Shown: positions 10,008-20,483, counted from the first letter of the stretch. The stretch is 64,000 bases of DNA from Leptonemataceae bacterium (GCA_965227295.1 OZ245742.1:1-64000), one strand, 5' to 3'. Program-made: numbers and translations. The notes: generated from the sequence alone by a model not told the origin.

Positions 10008-11253
10008 ATCTCCGGTCTCGAATCCACACATAGCCGCCAGCCCGCGCGCGGCGGGCGCCGGTCCGCCGCGCGCGGGCTGGCGGCGACTGCTCCGCAACAA
10101 TCGCAGCGGGGCGGCGAAATCGCGCGCGTTCTCGGGAGCCCCGCCCGTGAGACTCACGGCCGCGCCCAAACAACGCCCCCCAGGCGAGCGCCCGCTGCGA
10201 AAACAAGATTCAATGCGCGATTTCCACAGCTGAATCTGTTCCATTATACGGCGCTCGCGCAGGATGTACTCGCGCGCACCTATCCGAGGTTCTGTTCGCA
10301 CTGCGAAACGGAAATGCGCACGCCCGTGGCCGGGCGCGAGACCGCGGTGCGTTGCGCAACCTGTCATCACATGGGCTCGCGCACGGCGGGCACACCCTTG
10401 GACCACTTAAAGTTACCTCTTTGGACGTTTAGCTACGTCCTCGGCGAGGCCGTACAGACGTTCCCGCAGATGATCTCCGCGGCGCAGATTCAAAGACGGC
10501 TCGGGTGTTCGAAACAGGCTTCGCTCAATCTCAAACGGCGGTTGCAGTTGTTCCTCACGGACCTCGTGCCCGCCGTTCGCGAACTGGTGAAGCGCGACCT
10601 TGAAGATGCGTTTTCGGACCTGAAATTGCCTGAGAATCAGGACGTTTCGAAGTTCGTCGCGAACAAGCCCGTAGTCCACAGTGACACCCTCGCCTTATTC
10701 TCGGCAACGCAACGTTCGAACGGCGGTCGTGCGAGATGGAAGCACACCGGACAAACTGCGAGCATTTATCTCTCGGATAAGGTCGCGGAGCAACGCGGCA
10801 AGGTTCAGATCGGAACGCTCGCACATACCGTTGCGATTAAGAACGGACCGGTGTTACTCACGTCCGTTCGCGATCAAACGCAGAAGAGTCTGGAGCCGGC
10901 TTTTAACTTCCTACCCCGCAACACTGCGATAATGACAGACGAAGGCACGCCGTGGCTTTCGCGTTACTTCCCGAATCATCGCGCCGTGAATCACTCAGCG
11001 CGTGCGAAAGACAAACAGCGCAGCAAGTGGGCGCGGGATCGCTGGAGTCGCAACGGCGTGCACAACCAGGTCGCCGAAGGCAACCAGCGCATCGTTAAGA
11101 TGTCTTTCCTGGCAGCTTACGGATACTTCGACCCGAAGCATTCGCAGTTGTATCTCAACGAATACTCCGCACTCAAGGCACTGAAGATCCACGGCCTCGA
11201 TAGCCTGCTTTCTTTATCAAATGCGGCCGATGTGCGGAATGTAGACCACAGAT
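10008..11253 (+). mobile_element. IS1595-like transposase unit 2 (leader type B)
   Basis: Same 1246-bp length and ends as unit 1; follows the spacer tgttctag. Confidence 0.8.
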
Positions 11254-11876
11254 ATAGCGCCCTGCCCGCCGGGACGCCCGTCGGCGCGGGGCTCAGCCCG
11301 TTTCGCCAAAAAGTGCTTCAAAACCTGTATCGGCCACCCGAATTGCACGAGCGCCGGGGCCTCGACTATAGCGATTCGCGGCGCCAGATCCGCGGAAATC
11401 TCAAGCTGATGCTGGATGAGCCGGACCTGTTCGCCGCGAAACAGGCGCACGTGGACTACCTGAACTCGTTTCAAAGCCTGCCACCGTTCCGGAAGCAGAA
11501 CGAAAAGAAGTACGCCGCGCAGGCGTCGGCGCTCTGGAACGCGCTTTCACGGCACGACGCGAAGCTCTCGGCCGATGTGGCCCGGACCGTGCGCGTCAAT
11601 CATCGCATGGTATTAAGGATGATTCGACTGTGGACGAAGCTCGGGCTCGTCGAGGCGCGGGAGATTCGAAACAGCAAGGACCGGCGCAAACAGTTCTGGG
11701 TCTCGCGGCGCGTATCGCTTTTGCCGGCGCTGCTGTATACCTGGGATCTCGACGGGTTTCGCAATCAAACCGAGGATAGCATGCCGGTCGAGTGCGTGAA
11801 GAAGACGCGGCGCGGCAAGCATGGAATGACCGGCAAAGAACGTTCTAAATTTATTCGGGAGATGTATGATGGGTAA
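10314..11876 (+). CDS. IS1595-like transposase reading through the right IR into a ~200-aa winged-HTH extension; true start upstream of 10314 and unclear
   Basis: No stop after DHR; ALWNALSRHDAKLSADVARTVRVNHRMVLRMIRLWTKLGLVE is wHTH-like. Confidence 0.65.
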   Translation: MRTPVAGRETAVRCATCHHMGSRTAGTPLDHLKLPLWTFSYVLGEAVQTFPQMISAAQIQRRLGCSKQASLNLKRRLQLFLTDLVPAVRELVKRDLEDAFSDLKLPENQDVSKFVANKPVVHSDTLALFSATQRSNGGRARWKHTGQTASIYLSDKVAEQRGKVQIGTLAHTVAIKNGPVLLTSVRDQTQKSLEPAFNFLPRNTAIMTDEGTPWLSRYFPNHRAVNHSARAKDKQRSKWARDRWSRNGVHNQVAEGNQRIVKMSFLAAYGYFDPKHSQLYLNEYSALKALKIHGLDSLLSLSNAADVRNVDHRYSALPAGTPVGAGLSPFRQKVLQNLYRPPELHERRGLDYSDSRRQIRGNLKLMLDEPDLFAAKQAHVDYLNSFQSLPPFRKQNEKKYAAQASALWNALSRHDAKLSADVARTVRVNHRMVLRMIRLWTKLGLVEAREIRNSKDRRKQFWVSRRVSLLPALLYTWDLDGFRNQTEDSMPVECVKKTRRGKHGMTGKERSKFIREMYDG

Positions 11877-12195
11877 AGTATCGAAGAAGAAGGTTAGCAA
11901 GAAAGCGAAGGAGGAACCGATGAAGTTCTTCGCACGCAATTTTTGGGAGTTGATGAAGGAACAGGACTACAAGTGCGCCCTCACCGGAAGAGAACTGACG
12001 CCGGACAATACGGAGGTCGAGCTACGTGTGCCGTTTAAGAGCGTGGGGCGCACGGAGCTTGCAAATCACTACATCGTCGTGCGGCAATTGGCGTATACAG
12101 CGCGGCATGTGAGCGAGGAAGAGATCGTCGAGCTTGCCGCCGACATCATCCGGTATCGCGGCAAGGAGTTCGGCTATGCGATCCGCAAAGCGTGA
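11866..12195 (+). CDS. Small degenerate HNH-like protein
   Basis: QDYKCALTGRELT...P...N pattern resembles HNH proteins but the catalytic His is absent; overlaps upstream stop. Confidence 0.5.
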   Translation: MMGKVSKKKVSKKAKEEPMKFFARNFWELMKEQDYKCALTGRELTPDNTEVELRVPFKSVGRTELANHYIVVRQLAYTARHVSEEEIVELAADIIRYRGKEFGYAIRKA

Positions 12196-12802
12196 GGATC
12201 TGTTTCCGGCGTGGGGCGTCGAGGCGGCGCTCTCACGCTTAAGAGGCCGGCAGAAGAAGTTTGCGGCATCGCCGATGGAATGTAAGCACGTCGCGCGCGG
12301 GGAGAGGTCGTGGAGCTACGCTTGCGTCGCCGCCGTGAACAAGATGCGCTACCGGCACCGCGCTGTCTTTCAGGAGGCCCGGGAGCCTGATGTGTGGGCG
12401 TGGGTGATTGCCGTGCAGAAGAAAAAGCTCGTGCGGCGAATTGATCCGGTCGCGGCGTGGCGGGATGCCGAGTATCGGATACTCGAACGTTACTACGGCC
12501 GGCTGAAGGAAAGTCGGTGGGAGCGGGAGGCCGACCGGTGGCGGTATGAGATTTTGCGGCAGCGGTCTTATCTACGACGGTTACGCCGACGTTCACCGGG
12601 CAAGACGACCGCTGGCGGTTGGAACCACGTGATCGAGAGGATGATTCAGATTCCCTTGCGGAGGCCGGATATCGCCACCAGTGAAGATTCTTGGGCGTGG
12701 CAACCCATCACAGCGTCCCAGAGGGAAAAAATTCGGATTCTTTGGAAGTCGCGGGGATGGGAGAACACCTTACTTCGAGTAAGAAAAGCAACGGGTGGGT
12801 AG
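12176..12802 (+). CDS. Hypothetical Arg/Trp-rich protein
   Basis: Long ORF overlapping the previous gene; start uncertain. Confidence 0.5.
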   Translation: MRSAKREDLFPAWGVEAALSRLRGRQKKFAASPMECKHVARGERSWSYACVAAVNKMRYRHRAVFQEAREPDVWAWVIAVQKKKLVRRIDPVAAWRDAEYRILERYYGRLKESRWEREADRWRYEILRQRSYLRRLRRRSPGKTTAGGWNHVIERMIQIPLRRPDIATSEDSWAWQPITASQREKIRILWKSRGWENTLLRVRKATGG

Positions 12803-13135
12803 ACACTATGTCGTCCGGATTTGCTGTGCGGAGAGGTACGATCTCAAGACTAACCTAAGTTGAGGCCCTTACCCCAGTTTATTCATGAAATTGGCCGTAA
12901 TCTCGATTTCCGGACGTGAATGAATCCGCGCACGGGCAAAGTCCGGCAGCCCAGATTCTAGTGCAGTGTAGATACATCAGCCAGAGACAGCTTTCTTGAT
13001 TGTGGGGCAACTGACATCGATTTCCTAACGAGATAATCAAAAGTTGACACATATATAGGAACGGATTGATTGGTTTCATTCGATCTATGTCTTGGTTCCT
13101 ACAATAGGACGGATAGATATACGGAGCAAAATTCC

Positions 13136-15388
13136 ATGAACTTATACGGGCTTGAAATCCGAAACTTTCGGCGCCTGAAGCATTGCTGGATTGACGTGGC
13201 AAAGGAAACGACCGTCTTTGTCGGGCCTAACAACAGCGGTAAGACTTCTGCCATGGAGGCGCTCATAAAGTTCCTCGGGAAACCGGACGACAGGAAGTTT
13301 CTCGTTACAGATTTCACAATCTCCAACTGGGATGAACTGAACAAGATCGGCGAACGCTGGACGGCGGAAGAAAATGGAGATGCCGATGACCTCGATGATC
13401 CATTGAGCCTGAAGCCTTGGTCCGCATGGCTTCCATCACTGGATATATGGATCGAGGTTAGTAAAACTGACATCCATCGAGTGGTACACTTGATTCCTAC
13501 TTTAGATTGGACCACTGAACGCATGGTCGGGATGAGACTCACTTTTGCGCCAAAACTGGAGGCGACGCAGCAGCGCGATGACGCTGAATCCGGCTCCATT
13601 CGAGTAAGCGAAGTTTTCTATAACGATTACCGCCGGGCATATCTTGCGGCCAGAGATGCCTTGAAGTCCGACAGCGCCAACCTTTGGCCTGAAAATCTCT
13701 ATGATTTTCTTTCAAAGAAAGGAAGGCTGGACGCGCACTTTCAGGTGCAGGCCTATCTACTTGATCATACAGCGAGGTTTGATGAAAAAAGAACACGACG
13801 ATTAGATTTTTCGCCGAGCCCGGGAACACTCCGCCCTCTGGATGGGGCCCCTCTCAAGGGCCTGTTTCAAGTCGATATCGTACGGGCCCAACGCAATCTT
13901 TCCAATACAGACAGCAGACTCTTCACTGAAAAACTGACGAAGTACCATAAAAGCCATCTGGATCCAGAAGACACTCCCGGACCACAAGATTCGGAAGCAC
14001 TTGAGGCCCTCGGCAAAGCCCGGGAAGATTTTAGCACGCTCCTGGGAACTCAATTCGGTCCGGCTATTAAAGACCTTGAGAAATTCGGATACCCAGGCTT
14101 CCGAGAGCCGAACATCCGGTTAGAGAGCCAACTCGGGCTCGGTGACGGATTGAACCATCCTTCTACGGTTCGACTGGCGTTAAGTCAGAATAAGGCTCAC
14201 AGTCTTCCAGCGGAGTACAACGGGCTTGGCTTCCAGAACCTTCTGATGCTCACATTCGATTTGATGAGCTTTCGAGACGGCTGGATGCGGGTAGGGAAAG
14301 CCGATCGCCCTCATCAAGATCCGATTGCGCCCATCCATATCGTCCTTCTCGAAGAACCGGAAGCCTACCTTCATGTCCAGGTTCAGCAAGTATTCATTGA
14401 TAAGGCTTACGGACTTCTACGGGGACACGAAAGCTTAAAAGGGGAAGATTCGCCTTTTACGAGCCATCTGATGATCAGCACACACTCTAGCGCTATCTCT
14501 CACCAGGTGGACTACGCCAGTTTACGCTACTTCAAGAAAAAAGCTCCAGAGGATTCCTCTGCTGTTCCCTACGCCGAAGTTGTCAGCCTAAGTGATGTCT
14601 TCGGCAAGAATCGGAAAACGACGAAATTCACTCGTCGGTATCTCAGAGCGACCCATTCAGATCTCTTTTTTGCAGATGCTGTCATCCTGGTTGAAGGCGC
14701 TGCGGAACAAATCTTGCTGCCGTTCATAATCCAGAATCACCACGCGGATCTTGCTTCCCGCTATGTGACGCTGCTTAATGTCGGGGGCAGCCACGCTCAT
14801 ACCCTGCGTAGATTGATTGAGCGTCTTGATATCCTGACGTTAATCGTCACGGATCTGGATGCATATAAGGAGGCACCAAAGGAGGTATCAAAGAAGAAAA
14901 CTGCCGAAACTCAACAGGGAAACAAAGTAAGGCCTGTTCCGGGGCAAAACCTTGTCACCAGCAATCCAGTACTCAAAACTTGGCTGCCTGGCAAAAAAGG
15001 ACTTGATGAAGTTCTGCATGCCGAAACCGAAAAGGAAAGTACCAAAGTTGCATTCCCCCAAAGCTTGACGTTCAAGTATAAAAATATATCCGGCAAGGTG
15101 ATCCCATATACTTTCGAAGATGCCCTGTACTATGAAAATGCCACGGTAATTGATGAAATCAAGGCATCCATGTGCAAAAAGCTTACGAAAGCGGGAAGCG
15201 GTGACTCAGTTGAAAAAATCGCGGAAGCTCTCTTCTTAGCAATCAATGCGGGGGGATTTAAAAAGGCGGAATTGGCGATTGAGTTGCTTTTCGAAGCAAA
15301 GACACCCGAGGAAATCCGGGCGCCCAAATACATCCAAGAGGGCTTCGTCTGGCTGGAGGAAAAACTTGTAGGGAGGGAAACCTCATGA
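13136..15388 (+). CDS. OLD-family ATP-dependent endonuclease (GajA-like)
   Basis: IRNFR, Walker A GPNNSGKTS, LEEPEAYLH, STHS, TOPRIM LVEG..E and TDLD. Confidence 0.88.
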   Translation: MNLYGLEIRNFRRLKHCWIDVAKETTVFVGPNNSGKTSAMEALIKFLGKPDDRKFLVTDFTISNWDELNKIGERWTAEENGDADDLDDPLSLKPWSAWLPSLDIWIEVSKTDIHRVVHLIPTLDWTTERMVGMRLTFAPKLEATQQRDDAESGSIRVSEVFYNDYRRAYLAARDALKSDSANLWPENLYDFLSKKGRLDAHFQVQAYLLDHTARFDEKRTRRLDFSPSPGTLRPLDGAPLKGLFQVDIVRAQRNLSNTDSRLFTEKLTKYHKSHLDPEDTPGPQDSEALEALGKAREDFSTLLGTQFGPAIKDLEKFGYPGFREPNIRLESQLGLGDGLNHPSTVRLALSQNKAHSLPAEYNGLGFQNLLMLTFDLMSFRDGWMRVGKADRPHQDPIAPIHIVLLEEPEAYLHVQVQQVFIDKAYGLLRGHESLKGEDSPFTSHLMISTHSSAISHQVDYASLRYFKKKAPEDSSAVPYAEVVSLSDVFGKNRKTTKFTRRYLRATHSDLFFADAVILVEGAAEQILLPFIIQNHHADLASRYVTLLNVGGSHAHTLRRLIERLDILTLIVTDLDAYKEAPKEVSKKKTAETQQGNKVRPVPGQNLVTSNPVLKTWLPGKKGLDEVLHAETEKESTKVAFPQSLTFKYKNISGKVIPYTFEDALYYENATVIDEIKASMCKKLTKAGSGDSVEKIAEALFLAINAGGFKKAELAIELLFEAKTPEEIRAPKYIQEGFVWLEEKLVGRETS

Positions 15389-17292
15389 TGCAACGACGAA
15401 CTGCGCGCCCGTGGACGAAGATCGACCAGGAAATTTATGCATGCCTTGAGGCGCCGCGCAGCTTCTTCCTGCGGGCGGCGGCTGGAGCGGGGAAAACCGG
15501 TTCGCTGACGGCAGTGCTCGATCGACTCCGGCAGGAACGCCGGGAAGAGTTCTATAAGAACGCTAGCGGCGTCGCTGTCATTACATTTACCAACGCGGCA
15601 GCGGATGAAATTCGTAATCGACTTCGCTTCGACGAAATTTTTCATATCACCACAATTCATAGCTTTTCGTGGGACCTCATTAAGCCCTTTCAAGACGACA
15701 TCCGTAAGTGGATCCGAAACCAAGAAAGCAGCAACGTTGAGAAGCTCGATACAAAGGAACGAGACAACAAGAAGAAGCTAAGCCAGACAGATACGAAATC
15801 CCGTGAGCGCAGCCAGACGCGCCTGGCCCGCCTGAATTCCATTCGACGATTTACGTACGAACCAAACGGTGCAAATTCCGACCGGGATTCCTTGAACCAT
15901 TCGGAAGTATTGAAGATTGCTGCCGAATTTCTTCAGGAGAAGCCGCTCATGTCCCAAGTCCTTGTACGTAAATACCCGATTCTCCTGATCGACGAGTGCC
16001 AGGATACGAACAAAGATTTGATAGAGGCGTTCCTGTCTATGCAGGTTACTCATGCAAAGGTCTTCACTCTCGGCCTGTTCGGGGACATGATGCAACGTAT
16101 ATTCCCAGGTGGTAAAAAAGATCTTGTAGACTCGCTTCCGGAAGACTGGGTTCAGCCCGAAAACCTCATGAACCACCGGTGTTCCCAGCGGGTGGTACGC
16201 CTCCTGAACAAAATCCGAGATGACGGTATCATCCAGAAACCACGCGCCGATGCTCCAAATGGATGCGTACGGATCTTTCTTTTACCAACGCAGAAAGACA
16301 ATGAGCTAGAAGCGAAACAGAAGCTTGAAATGCAAATTCAATTCAAAATGGCGGAAATTACTGATGATATCGGATGGCAACCGGCAGACGGAACTGTTAA
16401 GATCCTTGCACTGGAGCACCGGATGGCCGCAGCCCGACTGAGCTTTTCCCGTCTCTGGGACGCTCTGCAACCGGCTTACAGGGGTGAACGGAACTTCCTC
16501 GAGGGACGGACTCCTTGGGCTGCCTTTTTTCGCGACCAGCTATTCGCATTGATTGATGCTGTGCGAAACGACGACCAGTATCGGGTGGCTGAAATTGTTC
16601 GGAGGCATTCCCCTTTGCTTGATCGAAACAATGTGAGGGAGACCGAGAATCAAATGCAAAACATCCGGAAGGCTCGTGACGCCGTGACAGCATCAATCAC
16701 TGTCTTTGAATCTGAAGATACAGAATCCCTGCGGAGCATTCTACAGGCGATCATCAAATCCCGGCTACTGAACATCCCGGCAATCATTGAGGACGCTATG
16801 ATGATGGAGAATGCCTCGGAGGACAAGGACCCTCGAAAGGAATCCGCAAACAGCCGTGCCAGACAGATCACAGCGTGGGCGCAAGCTTTGGATCTTCCGA
16901 TGTCAGAAATGCGCAGGTTTATTGATTATGTGGCGGATCGATCCCGGTTCGGCACACATCAGGGAGTGAAAGGACTGGAGTTTCCTCGTGTGATGGTAAT
17001 TATGGACGACAGTGAGGCGAAAAGTAACCTCTTCAGTTTTGACAAACTTCACGGAGCACGAAAGCCCTCGGAGAAGGATCTCCAAAATCAGAAAATAGGA
17101 GAAGAGTGGACCGGGGATCGAACACAAAGGTTGTTGTACGTCACATGCAGCCGAGCCAGAGATAGTCTTGCACTGGTCTACTACTCAGAGAATCCTGATA
17201 AGGTTCGAGATTTTGTAACTAAGAACGAATGGTTTACCAACGATGAGATTTTGACTGGAGCGGATCTGCATGGCCTGCCGAAACCACGCTAA
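15385..17292 (+). CDS. UvrD-like helicase (GajB-like)
   Basis: AAAGAGKT, ITFTNAAA, TIHSF, IDECQD, THQGVKGLEF, LLYVTCSRA; overlaps the OLD gene stop. Confidence 0.88.
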   Translation: MMQRRTARPWTKIDQEIYACLEAPRSFFLRAAAGAGKTGSLTAVLDRLRQERREEFYKNASGVAVITFTNAAADEIRNRLRFDEIFHITTIHSFSWDLIKPFQDDIRKWIRNQESSNVEKLDTKERDNKKKLSQTDTKSRERSQTRLARLNSIRRFTYEPNGANSDRDSLNHSEVLKIAAEFLQEKPLMSQVLVRKYPILLIDECQDTNKDLIEAFLSMQVTHAKVFTLGLFGDMMQRIFPGGKKDLVDSLPEDWVQPENLMNHRCSQRVVRLLNKIRDDGIIQKPRADAPNGCVRIFLLPTQKDNELEAKQKLEMQIQFKMAEITDDIGWQPADGTVKILALEHRMAAARLSFSRLWDALQPAYRGERNFLEGRTPWAAFFRDQLFALIDAVRNDDQYRVAEIVRRHSPLLDRNNVRETENQMQNIRKARDAVTASITVFESEDTESLRSILQAIIKSRLLNIPAIIEDAMMMENASEDKDPRKESANSRARQITAWAQALDLPMSEMRRFIDYVADRSRFGTHQGVKGLEFPRVMVIMDDSEAKSNLFSFDKLHGARKPSEKDLQNQKIGEEWTGDRTQRLLYVTCSRARDSLALVYYSENPDKVRDFVTKNEWFTNDEILTGADLHGLPKPR

Positions 17293-17327
17293 TACCCAAG
17301 CTTTAGCACCAAGTCAGGCGATAAACT

Positions 17328-17627
17328 TCATTCGCACTGGAAATCTTGTTTCACCCATTTGTCGAGATTTCGGTCTATTTCCGGGATTAGAAAATCATCG
17401 ACTTCTTTGTCGCTCAGCTCAATACGCCAGCCACGGACCGCAATCGCCAAACCCGGCCTTATGTGGAAAGCTTCGTAGAATAAATCACCCGCAATCGGCT
17501 TTATCATTGGATCAAGAAGCCTGTTTTCTTCCATGTAGATCAGGATTTCGGAAGGCTTTTTTCCGGACAAATACAGCCTGCGCATCTCCTGAATAGCATT
17601 AGGATTCTGATGAATTTGAAGGCCCAT
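17328..17627 (-). CDS. Small hypothetical protein
   Basis: 99-aa plausible ORF from ATG at 17627. Confidence 0.5.
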   Translation of the reverse strand: MGLQIHQNPNAIQEMRRLYLSGKKPSEILIYMEENRLLDPMIKPIAGDLFYEAFHIRPGLAIAVRGWRIELSDKEVDDFLIPEIDRNLDKWVKQDFQCE

Positions 17628-17902
17628 TTCTGCAGATAACTTCCTGGCAGAACTCAAGACAACCATTCCTATGAGGATTCCTGACTCGAAAAAGATCACA
17701 GAAATTCCCGGTGGCAGCGTGGCGGGATGCGGAAAACAAGATTCTGGAGCGGAATCATGCCCGGCTTCTGTCACCTCATGTATAGGCGACAACTTTCCTG
17801 ATTGTGGGGGCAGTCTGGGAACAAACATCGAATAGCTCTTATAGTCCTCCACCAAATTGATAACGCTGGACAACGACGAGGGAGCTATCGTAACCTGGCC
17901 AG

Positions 17903-18871
17903 GTGAGATCTGCTTTACCTCTTTGTTTCTTCCTTCCGGCGATTCTGGGACTCGTCGACTGCGGGGAGCCGGAACCGGACATTTTCGAAAGAGATCATTA
18001 CCGCTTCAAACAACCCACTTCGACGGAAATTCAAGCCGCCCAAAATGCCTTCTTCACTGGCATCCAACTTTATCGTAAGCAGCGTCAGCCGGCGGAAGCC
18101 AGCAAACAATTTGAAGAAGCAGTAAAACTTGCGCCGAATTGGGAGTACTACTTCGAACTCGCTAACAGTTACGTCGATACAGATCGCCACGATGTAGCCA
18201 TGGCAGCTTACAACGTTGCCCTTGAACTCGGACCGGATGAACCAGCGGTGGTTTATTACAATATGGCCTGCGCAAAGTCCCTCGTCCGCAACCCTTCCTT
18301 TGCTTACGATTTGCTGGAAAAAGCACTGATAAAAGGATACGACAACTTTGCGCACATACGCAGCGACCCGGACTTAGAGTATCTACGAAAACATGATCCT
18401 CGGTTCGTCGATCTGATCACGAGGTACGACACTAACCTCACGACTTTTGAAAAGAATCTCATAGGCATCTGGCAGGTTGGCTCCCCAATAATGGCCGCCG
18501 GATGGGGCGCAAGTTATGCGTTCTTTCCAGATCGCGTCGTCATTTACAGACCAGGAGGAGCCGACTGCGCTCAGCGCCTTAAGGCAAACCGGGGAACGTG
18601 GATTGCAACCGGCACCAGGTTGGATATGGTTTTCGATTTCAAAGAAGTATTGGTCGGCGGAAAACTCGTAGAGGCTGTCGGCTCCTGTCTTTCTGAGTAT
18701 GAGATCGAGGGTGCAACTACTGACAGGGTCGCGATAGAACCACCGGAGTCGCATACCCTGCTAATCGAATCGCAAATAGCTCCAGATCCCGAATCGCCCG
18801 GAGCAAAATATCGAGTCGTATTGGACGGACGCACGCTCTGGCGAATGACGGACGACCCAGCGGACTACTGA
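17903..18871 (+). CDS. TPR-repeat lipoprotein
   Basis: Lipobox-like LVDC, TPR motifs, YYNMACAKSL...DPDLEYLR. Confidence 0.75.
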   Translation: MRSALPLCFFLPAILGLVDCGEPEPDIFERDHYRFKQPTSTEIQAAQNAFFTGIQLYRKQRQPAEASKQFEEAVKLAPNWEYYFELANSYVDTDRHDVAMAAYNVALELGPDEPAVVYYNMACAKSLVRNPSFAYDLLEKALIKGYDNFAHIRSDPDLEYLRKHDPRFVDLITRYDTNLTTFEKNLIGIWQVGSPIMAAGWGASYAFFPDRVVIYRPGGADCAQRLKANRGTWIATGTRLDMVFDFKEVLVGGKLVEAVGSCLSEYEIEGATTDRVAIEPPESHTLLIESQIAPDPESPGAKYRVVLDGRTLWRMTDDPADY

Positions 18872-18872
18872 A

Positions 18873-19544
18873 TCAGGAGTGAAAGGATAACGGGATTAAA
18901 TAGTGTGCCGTATAGAAGGACGCGGCTCCCACGCCGGCCCCGACCAAGAAGCCGATCAAAACTTGTCTCGTATAGAGCCGCTTTCTTAGATTCCGTATTA
19001 GAGCATTTCGTGAACGTTTCGCTCTGCGACGAGAAATTACCGCATGCTTCTCCATCTTTGCCGTGAGTCTTTCCTGCCAGAGAGTTATCTTTAAAAGCGC
19101 GGTATTTAAACGGTTCGGAATATTCCAATTTATGCGAAGCTTTCGCCCGGTTCCCGGCTCCTCTGCGGAAAGGGGGCCCTCTTTCCGTAAACTGACCAGT
19201 GCACTCAGTTCTGTACTTATTGAGGAGAGGATGAGTTGTTCGTTCAATGCATCGGCGGAACGGGCAAGTTCATCTCGCGTAAGTGTCAGCTCTCTTTGTT
19301 GCAATATGATGGCATAGATTGCACCTGCAAAGGCAAGCCCGGTAAACAGAGCATTAAGTCCACCGAACATGTCGCCAGCCGATCCTGCATTTTCAGGTCC
19401 CGCATAGAAGAAAGGCATGAGGATGAAATTCAAAGTCCATAGACCAAGTATGACCAAGACAATCCAAACGATCAATACCCGATCTCGGGATGTGTGGAGC
19501 GAATATTTAGGCTTTTTCATAGTTTCATGAATGTCATTGCTCAA
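18873..19544 (-). CDS. Membrane protein with putative-Abi-type N-terminus
   Basis: GDMFGGLNALFTGLAFAG..Y.I..Q..EL motif seen at the N-terminus of putative abortive infection proteins. Confidence 0.5.
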   Translation of the reverse strand: MSNDIHETMKKPKYSLHTSRDRVLIVWIVLVILGLWTLNFILMPFFYAGPENAGSAGDMFGGLNALFTGLAFAGAIYAIILQQRELTLTRDELARSADALNEQLILSSISTELSALVSLRKEGPLSAEEPGTGRKLRINWNIPNRLNTALLKITLWQERLTAKMEKHAVISRRRAKRSRNALIRNLRKRLYTRQVLIGFLVGAGVGAASFYTAHYLIPLSFHS

Positions 19545-20004
19545 CTAATTCACGGGGCAAGGTCAACGCGAAGAATTCTGCGTAAACTCAGGACAAGATC
19601 ATCCCTGACTTTTCGAATGCCCTCAGACCGCGAAACATAGAACCTAAGCTTCCTTCAGTCTAGCTTTAGAAGAAATCGCGCATTGAATCTTGTTTTCGCA
19701 GCGGGCGCTCGCCTGGGGGGCGTTGTTTGGGCGCGGCCGTGAGTCTCACGGGCGGGGCTCCCGAGAACGCGCGCGATTTCGCCGCCCCGCTGCGATTGTT
19801 GCGGAGCAGTCGCCGCCAGCCCGCGCGCGGCGGACCGGCGCCCGCCGCGCGCGGGCTGGCGGCTATGTGTGGATTCGAGACCGGAGATATGCGCGGAATT
19901 TCGAGCGGCTGCGGACATGAAACGAGGGTCGATGCCGTACAGTGAAGCTGTCCAGCAGAAATTCACAAAAAGGCTCGGTGGAGATTTGTGGCCACAAAGG
20001 CGGA

Positions 20005-20242
20005 GCATTTGTCGAGGCGTGCGGTGCGGTCGGGGGACGTCTGGCCGGCGGAAATCGGGCGCGTCCCGGAGATCACGGCCGGCTAGCGGATCTCGCGGGC
20101 GGTGCGGCCTGGTGTGAATACGGCGATTGAGAAAATCGGGGCGGTGGCGGTCGGATCGCGAGGGCGCGCGCCGCGGACAGACTTCGAAGGTGCCGCTGCG
20201 GAAATCGGCCTGCCGGCGAGCGCCGCGCGCCTCGACAAATGC
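20005..20242. mobile_element. 238-bp IR-bounded segment (MITE-like) present only in module copy 2
   Basis: Ends gcatttgtcgaggcg / cgcctcgacaaatgc; absent at the equivalent sites near 8640 and 34345. Confidence 0.55.
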
Positions 20243-20360
20243 GTGGGGCGTGTGGCCACAAGAACGAAAGAGAGACAAAGAACATCATCAGCGGCAAGAG
20301 AACCACGGACGGCCGAATCAGGAAACGGTACAAGCTTGAGATAAAGAGAGACTAACCCGC

Positions 20361-20457
20361 GATCACGGAAGACGATCACGGAAGACGATCACGGAAGACG
20401 ATCACGGAAGACGATCACGGAAGACGATCACGGAAGACGATCACGGAAGACGATCAC
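20361..20457 (-). repeat. 7x 13-bp repeat GTGATCGTCTTCC
   Basis: Counted directly. Confidence 0.97.
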
Positions 20458-20483
20458 GAGGACAAACATCATCTGAGAGTACA

